A stretch of DNA of 64,000 bases from the IMG/VR virus record IMGVR_UViG_3300043786_001086; one strand, given 5' to 3'. A program made the position numbers and the translations under genes. The stretch comes from a virus (Duplodnaviria; Caudoviricetes). Shown here piece after piece: positions 27,501-36,425 of the stretch; position 1 is the stretch's first letter, and the number at the start of each line of letters is the position of its first letter. The notes below the pieces were generated by a model, which worked only from the letters and a program-made list of their open reading frames with translations, did no database searches and had not been told where the DNA came from.

Positions 27501-28070
27501 TTAACCATCATAACTTCGTTTTGTTTGTTTCACTCCATTTTCAATTGTGTCTATAATATAATGAGTCGCATCCAAACGCCACTCTTGGGTCTCCTTTACC
27601 CCGTTTTGAATGGTGTCTTCAACCAGGTCGGCCAGCGAAGCCAATTTTCCGCCGGTGTGTTTCACCCCATTTTGAATGGTATCTTCAACTGATATCCTGC
27701 GCAATGCGGACCTAACCTTGGTGTTCTTCACCCCATTTTGAATGGTGTCTTCAATTTGATACCACACATCTACCGGATTGTCCCAAGTTTTATCAACCTT
27801 TGGTTTATTCAAAAATCTATATTCAAACCATCTGGTTATGTATTCTTTATTTTCAACGCAATCCATACCAACCAATTCCATTTCATTTTTGAATAGTTTG
27901 TAGTTATACCATAGAGTTCCTCCTTCGGTATATTCAACAACCCATTGTCGTTCATTGGTAAAGATGATCCATAAACTACCACTATGATTGTATTGGTCAA
28001 CACCTTCAATCATTTGGTCAAATAGTTTGAACAAAATCTTATCTAATTTTTTTCCTGATGGATTTTTCAT
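27501..28070 (-). CDS. Family B protein (4 repeats; premature TAA in a spacer)
   Basis: Paralog; two further degenerate repeats continue in frame to ~27381. Confidence 0.85.
   Translation of the reverse strand: MKNPSGKKLDKILFKLFDQMIEGVDQYNHSGSLWIIFTNERQWVVEYTEGGTLWYNYKLFKNEMELVGMDCVENKEYITRWFEYRFLNKPKVDKTWDNPVDVWYQIEDTIQNGVKNTKVRSALRRISVEDTIQNGVKHTGGKLASLADLVEDTIQNGVKETQEWRLDATHYIIDTIENGVKQTKRSYDG
27522..27755. CRISPR. In-frame CRISPR-like array 2: four 36-nt repeats, 30-nt spacers
   Basis: Repeats at 27522, 27588, 27654, 27720. Confidence 0.55.
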
Positions 28071-28071
28071 T

Positions 28072-28389
28072 TTAATATCCTATTCCTGTATCGTTAGTAA
28101 ATTCAACACCATTTTCTTTTGCGAACTCTGAAACAAGTTCTTCCACGATCTCTTTATCCATATAACCATAATCAATTGATCGTCCATATACTCTAATTCC
28201 AAGATCAGACCATCTAACTCTTCCACCACCAAGAATTCTCCAATCCTTTAATTCTGGTTCAAGTTCTTTGGATCTATTTGCAACATCTTCGTGGAACTCT
28301 CCATGTCCTGAACGAAATACATATTCACCATCTTTTTCCAAGATCACACATTTGCGTAATTTATCTTTTTCAATAATAACTTTTTCCAT
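28072..28389 (-). CDS. Hypothetical protein
   Basis: FHEDV...ILGGGR...YGRS..YG; TAnnTTTG 4 nt upstream. Confidence 0.75.
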   Translation of the reverse strand: MEKVIIEKDKLRKCVILEKDGEYVFRSGHGEFHEDVANRSKELEPELKDWRILGGGRVRWSDLGIRVYGRSIDYGYMDKEIVEELVSEFAKENGVEFTNDTGIGY

Positions 28390-28460
28390 AATACAAATAT
28401 AAGATTTTTTTAAAGTTCAGACAATAGGTATTTATACTAAACTTTTCGTTCAAAATAAAT

Positions 28461-28676
28461 TTATCTTGATCTTAACCATAAAGCATGACTTGGGAGTTTG
28501 TCTCTTAAAACACCATTTTCCAATAACACCTGAAATAGTGCCGCTTGACCTGGCATGCATCTAACAGAGATTATAACTCCTGGTGTCAATTCACCAAGTC
28601 CTTTTTTATGTTGATACATGTATTCATTTCTAACCCAAACTTTTAAGGGAAAGAAGTTGTGTTCAATATAAGCCAT
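28461..28676 (-). pseudogene. 3'-truncated copy of 18942..19574
   Basis: Aligns for 66 aa to DKLPSHAL then diverges and stops. Confidence 0.8.
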
Positions 28677-28786
28677 TATTTCTTTTTTCTTTTCTTAAAA
28701 TATCTATAGAGTAAATAAAACCCGATTATGTTGATTACAAATAATATTCCATATAGATGAACATAAGTTTCTAAAACGTTTGTCAT
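28676..28786 (-). CDS. Single-TM peptide (36 aa)
   Basis: MTNVLETYVHLYGILFVINIIGFYLLYRYFKKRKKE; paralog of 19574..19681. Confidence 0.7.
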   Translation of the reverse strand: MTNVLETYVHLYGILFVINIIGFYLLYRYFKKRKKK

Positions 28787-29100
28787 ATGCTGTATTTATA
28801 TACTCCATTCTCAAACTCAACGTCCATTAACCCATCATTTTCCAAGATCTTTTCAATTTGATCTGCTTGAAATTTAATGTTTTCTGGTTCCATGAAGACC
28901 TTATACGCCTGATTTGAAGAAAGTTTATTTTGTGTGACCAAATTATAAATTGTCTCGTTTTCACATTTTATAAGTGATCCGTGTTGACCTGCAACTGTAA
29001 CTATAACATTATCACCGATTTCGATTTTCTCTAACGATACGATATATGGTTTTTCTTGGACCATAATCATTTTTACTTTTTGTTTTGTTGTTTCACTCAT
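28783..29100 (-). CDS. Hypothetical protein
   Basis: C-terminus duplicated at 19678-19750. Confidence 0.75.
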   Translation of the reverse strand: MSETTKQKVKMIMVQEKPYIVSLEKIEIGDNVIVTVAGQHGSLIKCENETIYNLVTQNKLSSNQAYKVFMEPENIKFQADQIEKILENDGLMDVEFENGVYKYSI

Positions 29101-29441
29101 AATCTAATACCGTATAATTCTGATACGGCCTCCATGTATTTTTTTAAATTTATTACAGATTGTTTAAAATCTGTTTTTGGTAGTTCTTCAAATGTTTGAG
29201 CCAACTCATCATCGGTCAAAGTATTGATACAACTATCATAGATGTCTTTTAGTATCTGTAAATAAATTTCTTCTTTACTATAAGTATCATCTATTTTTTT
29301 TTCAAGCACCTGACCTTCCAACTCAACACAATAGTCGATTAACTCCTCAATAGGTGCCAAATCCATTAAATGTTCATTACCTTTGAATATTTGATTTATG
29401 TTCTTCATAATGTTTATCGCATAATGTGGTATGCCAACCAA
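29097..29441 (-). CDS. Hypothetical protein
   Basis: Paralog of 41403..41729. Confidence 0.75.
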   Translation of the reverse strand: MVGIPHYAINIMKNINQIFKGNEHLMDLAPIEELIDYCVELEGQVLEKKIDDTYSKEEIYLQILKDIYDSCINTLTDDELAQTFEELPKTDFKQSVINLKKYMEAVSELYGIRL

Positions 29442-29763
29442 TATTTGTTCTTAATTCTCCTTTTTCGCCACATTTCTCACAAGTTTCATAACTTAGATTT
29501 TCCGCCCGACTTATTCTTTTATGAACCTCGTTTGATGCCCCGTTAATATAAAATCTTAATCCACCAAACTTTTCCTTCACCTGACAAGTTTGTTTATCCC
29601 ATCCTAACTCAATAAGATCAATTATAAGATCCTTAATTAGTGAATACCAACCAGAACCAACATCAAAGAATCCGGAGTCTTTAATTGGTGGTCTATCATT
29701 GTAAAATCCATTTTCTAATCCTCCAATGGATTCCAAAAACTCATTCATTTCTTTATCTGTCAT
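29377..29763 (-). CDS. Hypothetical protein with C-terminal zinc finger
   Basis: QVKEKFGGLRFY...CEKCG..G...LC..H; paralog of 41689..42072. Confidence 0.8.
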   Translation of the reverse strand: MTDKEMNEFLESIGGLENGFYNDRPPIKDSGFFDVGSGWYSLIKDLIIDLIELGWDKQTCQVKEKFGGLRFYINGASNEVHKRISRAENLSYETCEKCGEKGELRTNIGWHTTLCDKHYEEHKSNIQR

Positions 29764-29853
29764 ATAATATAATTTAAAGATTCCAAATTGATTTTCGTTT
29801 TTTCTTTGGAAATCTAAACGACCACCAAAGAAGAATCTTTTGAATTGTTCTTT

Positions 29854-30441
29854 TCATTTTAAAAAATTAATAACCTTTTCTTTAATCCCACTTTGTTTAA
29901 TACCTTCTCTTGATCTTGGTGTTAAAACAAAATTAGTTAGACCAGGGTTTTTATCCTCACTATCCAAGAAGTATTTTGATAAAAACTCAAGACTCATATT
30001 AAGATCATCAATCGCAACCCAATGTGTGACTTCAGGATGATTCTTTAACCAATGTCCGATCTCCATACTTCGTTCTAATTCCAACTCAGCACGAAATCTA
30101 AACGCATTCCATTCTTTTGGAAAAAGGTCTCTAAATATGTCAGTCACCGCAATTGGTCGTTTAATAATACCTTGACTAATATAGTAATCACCAAGTTCAT
30201 CAAGTGTTGCATGTAATCTCCAATCAGAACTTACCACTATTTCACATCCAGTTTCTTCAATGATCTCATTTAGAACTTTAATTGTCCCTTTATCAAAGTC
30301 ATCAAAACGATATTGCACCGGAATTTCTCTTGGGGTCATGGATAATTTTCTTCCTCCCCATTTGTGTTGTTTTTTGTAACGACTACCCCAATTATTAGAG
30401 AGACAAATTACACTATCATGATCTAAGAATATAACTTTCAT
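29854..30441 (-). CDS. HAD-family protein (Swiss-Army-knife RNA-repair type)
   Basis: IFLDHD.V, IVVSSDWR, WVAIDD. Confidence 0.8.
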   Translation of the reverse strand: MKVIFLDHDSVICLSNNWGSRYKKQHKWGGRKLSMTPREIPVQYRFDDFDKGTIKVLNEIIEETGCEIVVSSDWRLHATLDELGDYYISQGIIKRPIAVTDIFRDLFPKEWNAFRFRAELELERSMEIGHWLKNHPEVTHWVAIDDLNMSLEFLSKYFLDSEDKNPGLTNFVLTPRSREGIKQSGIKEKVINFLK

Positions 30442-31076
30442 TATCTTATTGTTTGTGTTAATCTTTCGTAATTACTTTTGTTTTCAAATTGTCTTCCAAT
30501 TCTATACAAGTGGTTTGGGGATAAACCAAACCAAGTGTCACAGTGATGGAACTTTGAAAATTGTTCTGTCAACATATCTGAATCATCGTCTAATATTGCG
30601 TAATCATCAACTTCAGGGTGTTGATCCAACCACTCTTTAATTTCTTCACCTCGTAAAGTTCTTCTATTACCAGTGATTCCTACATAAGTTCCTGGTTTAA
30701 ATCCAAGTTTAACAAATGCGTCTTCCCATCTATAAGGTGTTGATATATGATCCTCAATACGAAAGTGATGTTTCCAACTCGAAGAAACACAAATTTTTGT
30801 GTTAGTTTTATTACACCATTCGCTCAACCATTTCCACTTTTGATCACAAGTTTCTTCTCGTAAATCCTTGAATTGATATTCAAAAGTGAAAGACTTTTTA
30901 GGTGGTTTATAATCCGCCAAAGAAACTCCTTTTGATTTAATTCTAAACAATTTTCTAACCAATCGCTTTAATTCATACCACCATGTGATAGGTTTTCTCC
31001 ATCGTCTTCTATGTCTTTCTTTATAAAAAACATTAGAGTTCATAACTCCATCAATATCCAAGAATATAACTTTCAT
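30441..31076 (-). CDS. HAD-family protein (Swiss-Army-knife RNA-repair type)
   Basis: IFLDIDGV, VSSSWK, RG.EI..WL, YAILDDDSD. Confidence 0.85.
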   Translation of the reverse strand: MKVIFLDIDGVMNSNVFYKERHRRRWRKPITWWYELKRLVRKLFRIKSKGVSLADYKPPKKSFTFEYQFKDLREETCDQKWKWLSEWCNKTNTKICVSSSWKHHFRIEDHISTPYRWEDAFVKLGFKPGTYVGITGNRRTLRGEEIKEWLDQHPEVDDYAILDDDSDMLTEQFSKFHHCDTWFGLSPNHLYRIGRQFENKSNYERLTQTIR

Positions 31077-31205
31077 TTTAAAAATTTTCTGTGTTTTCCT
31101 AAAACACCAATTACTAATACTGCAAATGTAAATAAAATACCAACCATAATCAAATTATAGTGGTTTATATAAAATAGAAAAGAAAGTATAACTATTTCAT
31201 TATAG

Positions 31206-31291
31206 ATTGTAAGCCTCAGACAACTAATGAGTGCCGACCCATTATAGATGGATAAGTTGTTACTCCCCTCAAATTGTAAGCCTCAGACAAC
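31206..31291 (-). CRISPR. CRISPR-like repeat-spacer-partial repeat inside/at end of CDS
   Basis: GTTGTCTGAGGCTTACAATTTGAGGGGAGTAACAAC (31256-31291), 31-nt spacer, 19-nt second copy. Confidence 0.55.
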
Positions 31292-31662
31292 CACTCTTCT
31301 GTAAGTTGTTGTATTTCAGAGTTTTTAAGATCAAAACCTTCTTCTAAAAATGGCCAAATAACATCATAATATATATAAACATTGTTATTTTTTCTATCGT
31401 AAATCATTACATTATTTTTTTTTTCATACCTAAATAAAGTCCAATTAGGTTCTTCTTCACTCTGAACAACATCCAAATCAGTAAAAATATTTAAAAAATC
31501 TATAGGAGTTTCAATTCCTGTCAATTTTTTAAGATTCTCAATACCTCCAACTAATTCAGCGGCAGATTCCCAACCTTCTTCTTTAATAATATCAATTAAA
31601 GATTGATTTTTTTTATTTTCAAATAAAAGATTATACTGACTTTCTGTTATTATTATTTTCAT
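31216..31662 (-). CDS. Leader-bearing protein, family A
   Basis: Paralog of 764..1207. Confidence 0.85.
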   Translation of the reverse strand: MKIIITESQYNLLFENKKNQSLIDIIKEEGWESAAELVGGIENLKKLTGIETPIDFLNIFTDLDVVQSEEEPNWTLFRYEKKNNVMIYDRKNNNVYIYYDVIWPFLEEGFDLKNSEIQQLTEEWLSEAYNLRGVTTYPSIMGRHSLVV

Positions 31663-31685
31663 ATAAGATAAATACTTTGTTAAAT

Positions 31686-31903
31686 AAAAAAAGGGGGAGT
31701 AGCGAATTCCCCCTTTTAATTGTTACCCTAACGGATAACGGTCCTAAAAGCCCACCACTAAGGATGGGGTCTCTTAAAATAAAATCCCCACCATTAAGAT
31801 GGGGATAATTTTACCTAGGGGTGGGATTTTCAACCTGTGTCGGATTACGCCAGACACCCTACGATTGGTATTTTTTAATGATTGAACCAATAACAATCAA
31901 TTC
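31686..31903 (-). ncRNA. Candidate structured ncRNA (~215 nt)
   Basis: TATCTTTG promoter at 31909-31916, no usable ORF, GC-rich hairpins, ends in GGGGAA/CTCCCC terminator plus U-tract. Confidence 0.5.
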
Positions 31904-31924
31904 TTAAACAAAGATAGTGATTTT

Positions 31925-32443
31925 TTACAACTGCACAACTATTTCACCACTTTTACATGAATTTTCTTTTAAATTTTCTTTTTTACTTCTTGGTTTTACT
32001 CCAAAATATAAAAAGTTACCGTCCTCCGAAAATGCCGAACTTATAATTTTTAACTCATTATCATCTTTTTGAATCACAAATTCAACAAAATCAAAATATT
32101 CTTCATCTTGATTATCGTTTCTTACTTTAGTAAAAATAATTCTTTTATTACATGGATTGTGAATTTTAAAACTCTCAATAATTTTTTCTATTTTATTCTG
32201 TATTATAGGAACCAATATTTCATCAGGAACACCAACTCTGTAACCATCATCTGAGAGATTTTTTTCAAAAAACAAATCATAATTCTCATCATAAGTATTG
32301 TCACCATGTCTATCAAACCATTGATGATATGTTGATATTATTTTATACATCATATCATTGTAAACCTTAGTTCCTTTTTGTTTTGGGAATTTTCTGATTT
32401 CAAACAAATATTGTTTAATAACTCTTTCTATTAGTCTTTTCAT
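31925..32443 (-). CDS. Hypothetical protein
   Basis: 172 aa; TATTTAT motif upstream. Confidence 0.75.
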   Translation of the reverse strand: MKRLIERVIKQYLFEIRKFPKQKGTKVYNDMMYKIISTYHQWFDRHGDNTYDENYDLFFEKNLSDDGYRVGVPDEILVPIIQNKIEKIIESFKIHNPCNKRIIFTKVRNDNQDEEYFDFVEFVIQKDDNELKIISSAFSEDGNFLYFGVKPRSKKENLKENSCKSGEIVVQL

Positions 32444-32484
32444 ATGATATAAATATAAAACCCCACATTAAAGTGGGGATTTAA

Positions 32485-33213
32485 TTATAAAATTTCAAGT
32501 AAGAAGTTGGTGTCACCTTCCCAGTTCTTAAGTTGTGACTTAGGAACCCAAAATTCCATCACACCGATCTCTTCTACTCGTTTTAGGTAGTCCTCACGGA
32601 AACGATCCGCCTGACTCTTGTCTTTGATGTATTCAACACCCATGTGTTTAGCACATGTCTTACCCATCGTAGTCAACATTGAAAACTCGTCAGTCAAAGT
32701 CTTTGCACAACACACACAAACTTTTGCTCTCTTCACAGTCATCTTACCTGCGAACTTAACGGCTTTAGGTGAAATTCCTAAAACTTTAGTGATATCCAAA
32801 ATTGTAGGATTAAACTGAAGACCATAAGTCTCTTTCATTTGTTGACCGATTTTTCGACCAACTTGAATTGTATCTCCCTCAGCGGGGATATTCATTTTCT
32901 TGGTAGCCGCTTTATTTTCCTCTTTTTGAATTTGGTTCAAAGCCGCTGACACTTGTTTATCAGACAACTTACCATATTTCTCAAGTTTAGACTGGATATC
33001 TTTCACGAAAGAATTCTCACCAGTGTAGGCTTGAATTTTTTTCATGTCCTCAGTCAACTCAACCTGTTTTGCTTCAACAGGAGCATTTAAGATCTTTTCA
33101 ACAGTAGCCGCTTGACTTACAGTTAGTTTGCCATATTTAGAAATTACATCTTTCATTTTAAGGACGAAAGAGTTAGAACCTTGATAATTTTGGACGAGAG
33201 TTAAAGTTGACAT
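32485..33213 (-). CDS. Hypothetical protein with duplicated KYGKL(S/T)..Q repeat and CxC/CxxH zinc motif
   Basis: CVCCAKTLTD..S...GKTCAKH. Confidence 0.75.
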   Translation of the reverse strand: MSTLTLVQNYQGSNSFVLKMKDVISKYGKLTVSQAATVEKILNAPVEAKQVELTEDMKKIQAYTGENSFVKDIQSKLEKYGKLSDKQVSAALNQIQKEENKAATKKMNIPAEGDTIQVGRKIGQQMKETYGLQFNPTILDITKVLGISPKAVKFAGKMTVKRAKVCVCCAKTLTDEFSMLTTMGKTCAKHMGVEYIKDKSQADRFREDYLKRVEEIGVMEFWVPKSQLKNWEGDTNFLLEIL

Positions 33214-33289
33214 AGTGATGGTGTGTTTAAATGATTACACTACAAAGATAGTGATAAAAATTAATTCACCAAACTTTTTGAAAAAAAAA

Positions 33290-33943
33290 TTATCCAACAA
33301 CTCCAACTAAATCATCCAAATGGTGATCAACATCTAATTCAGAACTAATTGATCTTCGATCCATCATATGCACAATCTCACTTAAACTATATGGGTGATA
33401 ATTATTTCCATCAACACCAACATCAAGTCGTTTACCTCGACCCCACTTATCTTTATTAGACAAATGAACGTGTCCGTGTAAGTGAATTGATCCTTTATTT
33501 AATTCGTTCCAACTTGAGAAGGGATAGTGACACATCACAAAGTTTTGTCCGTAGATTTTAACTTGTAAGTAATCAGATACACTACTGAAACTTTCTCGAA
33601 TATTTTCTCGATTGTTTCGTATGTGGTGATCGTGATTTCCTAAAACAAGATGAATATTTTCACAAACTAAACGATCTAAAAACTTCCTAACATTTTCAAA
33701 TCCACCAAAAACAATATCTCCCAACATTATTAATGTATCATCTTGTCCGACTTTTGAATTGATGTTATTTACCAACACGTCATTCATTTCGTCTATTGTT
33801 TGAAAATCCCTCGTAGAATTGATTGGGATTTGTCCGTCTTGAGTTCTCCAATTTGTTACACCTCGACAAATATTTTTGTGGCTGTAGTGAATATCTGAGG
33901 TAACCCAAACTTTACCTGTTACTAATATATCATCAAACTTCAT
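33290..33943 (-). CDS. Calcineurin-like phosphoesterase
   Basis: SDIH, LGD, GNHD, CHYP, HGHVH, DVGVD. Confidence 0.88.
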   Translation of the reverse strand: MKFDDILVTGKVWVTSDIHYSHKNICRGVTNWRTQDGQIPINSTRDFQTIDEMNDVLVNNINSKVGQDDTLIMLGDIVFGGFENVRKFLDRLVCENIHLVLGNHDHHIRNNRENIRESFSSVSDYLQVKIYGQNFVMCHYPFSSWNELNKGSIHLHGHVHLSNKDKWGRGKRLDVGVDGNNYHPYSLSEIVHMMDRRSISSELDVDHHLDDLVGVVG

Positions 33944-34332
33944 ACTAATTTAATTTGGAATCGATTTTTCATTTGTTCTATTTTATCATCAGGAACTCCG
34001 TGTTGGTTGGTATTTCCGTGACGATTTTCTACTATAATACTGAAGACCATATATCCATGTTCTTTTGCAAGTTCAAAGTATGGTTTCATTTCCCACTCTT
34101 GTGTGAAGGTATTGGACACCGCAATTTTTTTAATACCCGATGTCATCGCATGTTTAACAAACTCTTGACATTCTTTATGAGCCTCTTTTATTTCTGAAGG
34201 AACAAAATTATAATTACCATCATTATCATAAAAATAATGATCGGCTTCGAATACGTTTGCCGTCAATTGTTTTGCCAAAGTCGATTTGCCAGAATTTGGG
34301 CATCCTCTAATTATGTATAGTATTTTTTCCAT
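33940..34332 (-). CDS. AAA_33/polynucleotide-kinase-like P-loop kinase
   Basis: RGCPNSGKST, VSNTF, HGVP...I..M. Confidence 0.85.
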   Translation of the reverse strand: MEKILYIIRGCPNSGKSTLAKQLTANVFEADHYFYDNDGNYNFVPSEIKEAHKECQEFVKHAMTSGIKKIAVSNTFTQEWEMKPYFELAKEHGYMVFSIIVENRHGNTNQHGVPDDKIEQMKNRFQIKLV

Positions 34333-34375
34333 GATACAAAAGTAATCATTAAAAGTGAGATAAAAAAGTCTTGTA

Positions 34376-34606
34376 TTACTTTTTTAGATAAATTGTATCG
34401 GTTGTGTAATAACAATAATTTTCCTTTGGAATATGACAATGTTGGAATTTAACGATTGTTGAATCGGTTTTTAGTTCGTAGTTTGTTCCATAAGCATCAC
34501 ATCCTGATTTACTTGATTTACAACTTGTTAGAGTTACATAAACCATAATCAAAATTAATTTGATGGTTAAATAAATGGTTCGATTTTTATTCATCTGTAG
34601 TTTCAT
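34376..34606 (-). CDS. Small putative lipoprotein
   Basis: Hydrophobic stretch then LTSC.S...CDAY. Confidence 0.6.
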   Translation of the reverse strand: MKLQMNKNRTIYLTIKLILIMVYVTLTSCKSSKSGCDAYGTNYELKTDSTIVKFQHCHIPKENYCYYTTDTIYLKK

Positions 34607-34911
34607 GTTCTTTTATTATTTCCATTTTTAGTGACCATGGATCAAAACAAATGTAGGTTTTACATTTTTTGACTTCATGGGTCATACAATCGTAATAGTA
34701 ATCACCTTCCAAAATTGGTTTAGTTATTACCGTTTCATAAATATCTCCGTCGTGTTCTATTTTCATTTGTTTGTGTTTTTTGTATAAAAAAAGTAAAAAA
34801 ATACTATTAGTATTATTGATATTAAAAAAGATGTTAAATTTTTGGAGTATAAACTTGCAAAAACATTAAATAACATCATAATGATTAAAGGTGAATACAA
34901 AATTAATCTTT

Positions 34912-35919
34912 TCATCGCCCAAAACCTACTTTACCTGATCCTTTAATTGTTGGAGCTTTTTTCAACCCTTCCAAATTATCCATAACTTCTTCAAATTCTC
35001 TACCCATAACAATAGTTGAAATTACGACTTCCTTCAAGTGTGAAAGAGACATTCCTTCAGTTCTTTTTACCCACTCAGAGACGTTTACATTTTTCAAATC
35101 CTCATCTTTTAATTTGTGACGAATATATGCTTCTCTAATTTCTTCATTTGGAAGTTCAACTTTATATCTCCGATCAAAACGAGATGGTCGATTTGTAATA
35201 CGTTCTTGTAGTTTCTCAGGATAGTTGGTTGTTGCAATATATACAACATCTTCGATCTGTTTAACACCGTCTAATATATTCAACAACTTACTTGTTGAGT
35301 GATTACTTTCCCCTGCGATTGAGTCAATGTCTTCCAATAATACAATTAATGGTCTATTTGGTTCAATCTTTCTAAAAGTCGCAATAAAGTCAATAAAGTA
35401 TTCTACATCGTCATGATCTTTAATGTTTAGAATAATCCCGTCGTTTTCAATTAGTTGTTTTGATATTAATTGGATGATACCTGACTTACCACAACCAGGT
35501 TCACCATACATTAGAATCCCACGCTTATGAACAAAGTTATACTCTCTATATTTGTCTCTACGATCCCAAAAATTTTGGATGTCTTTAAGGATGTCTTGAA
35601 TTTCGTAAGAAGGTAACTGATATAATTCATCTGTTTTAAAAGGTTGTTTTTTTATTGTGTGTTGAGATACTTGTCTATTCCATACTATCTCATAAATACC
35701 AGAAGGAACTTTATCTACAGACTTAAATGCAGGAACAAATTCTTCGTCTTGTAATGTTCCCCAACATGTTGGAGTTGCCGAGTTAGTGTTTATAGAAGAT
35801 TCTTCTTGATTATAATCAAATGAAGGTTCATCTGAATACTTAGTCATAATACTTATGGGTTCATTAATTTCTAAGTTGTCTAATTCTTCAATTAGTTTTT
35901 CAAATTCTTTATCCATCAT
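34912..35919 (-). CDS. AAA+ ATPase
   Basis: GEPGCGKS, LLEDID, TTNYPE.L..R...RPSRFD. Confidence 0.9.
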   Translation of the reverse strand: MMDKEFEKLIEELDNLEINEPISIMTKYSDEPSFDYNQEESSINTNSATPTCWGTLQDEEFVPAFKSVDKVPSGIYEIVWNRQVSQHTIKKQPFKTDELYQLPSYEIQDILKDIQNFWDRRDKYREYNFVHKRGILMYGEPGCGKSGIIQLISKQLIENDGIILNIKDHDDVEYFIDFIATFRKIEPNRPLIVLLEDIDSIAGESNHSTSKLLNILDGVKQIEDVVYIATTNYPEKLQERITNRPSRFDRRYKVELPNEEIREAYIRHKLKDEDLKNVNVSEWVKRTEGMSLSHLKEVVISTIVMGREFEEVMDNLEGLKKAPTIKGSGKVGFGR

Positions 35920-36113
35920 ATTTTATTTTTAACTTCTTTATTTATTATCTTTTTCCAATCTTCTTTTTTCACCGACATTCTTACATCATCGATAGTAAAA
36001 AATACCTCTTCTCTTAATTCGAGAGGGTCTTTAACTTTGGATGAATCAATTTTTAATCTTGTTTGATAATAACTTTCATTTGCGAATCGAACCAAATATT
36101 CATTTTCCATCAC
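35916..36113 (-). CDS. Hypothetical protein
   Basis: 4-nt overlaps. Confidence 0.7.
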   Translation of the reverse strand: MMENEYLVRFANESYYQTRLKIDSSKVKDPLELREEVFFTIDDVRMSVKKEDWKKIINKEVKNKI

Positions 36114-36376
36114 AATTTGTTTGCAATTTTTTTAATAATTTCTTCGTCTTCATTGGAAAGTCTAAAATGTCCGTTCCATAGTTTGGTGAGATTGTCTCGA
36201 AGTTCTGCTTCTCCGTGTGTTTCTTCTTCACCCCTTATAAGTCTTCTAATATCAGGATTGGGGTGTTTTCCCAATGTCCCATCATCATATAACCATTCGG
36301 CCATTTGTCTTTTGTCACTTCTATCCATGTCGTCGTAGATCTCGTCAATATCTACATGTAATCTTAAGTAAGGCAT
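36110..36376 (-). CDS. Hypothetical protein
   Basis: ORF in run. Confidence 0.7.
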   Translation of the reverse strand: MPYLRLHVDIDEIYDDMDRSDKRQMAEWLYDDGTLGKHPNPDIRRLIRGEEETHGEAELRDNLTKLWNGHFRLSNEDEEIIKKIANKL

Positions 36377-36425
36377 AATTTATTTGTTTTTTTAAATGAT
36401 AAGTAAAAAAGGTGATCCCATCAAG

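Noticed and set aside
26189-28070. Diversity-generating retroelement
   Set aside because: No reverse transcriptase and no TR/VR pair differing at adenines
31814-31900. tRNA gene
   Set aside because: T-loop-like GGTTGAAAATCC is present, but no D arm, anticodon arm or acceptor stem could be built
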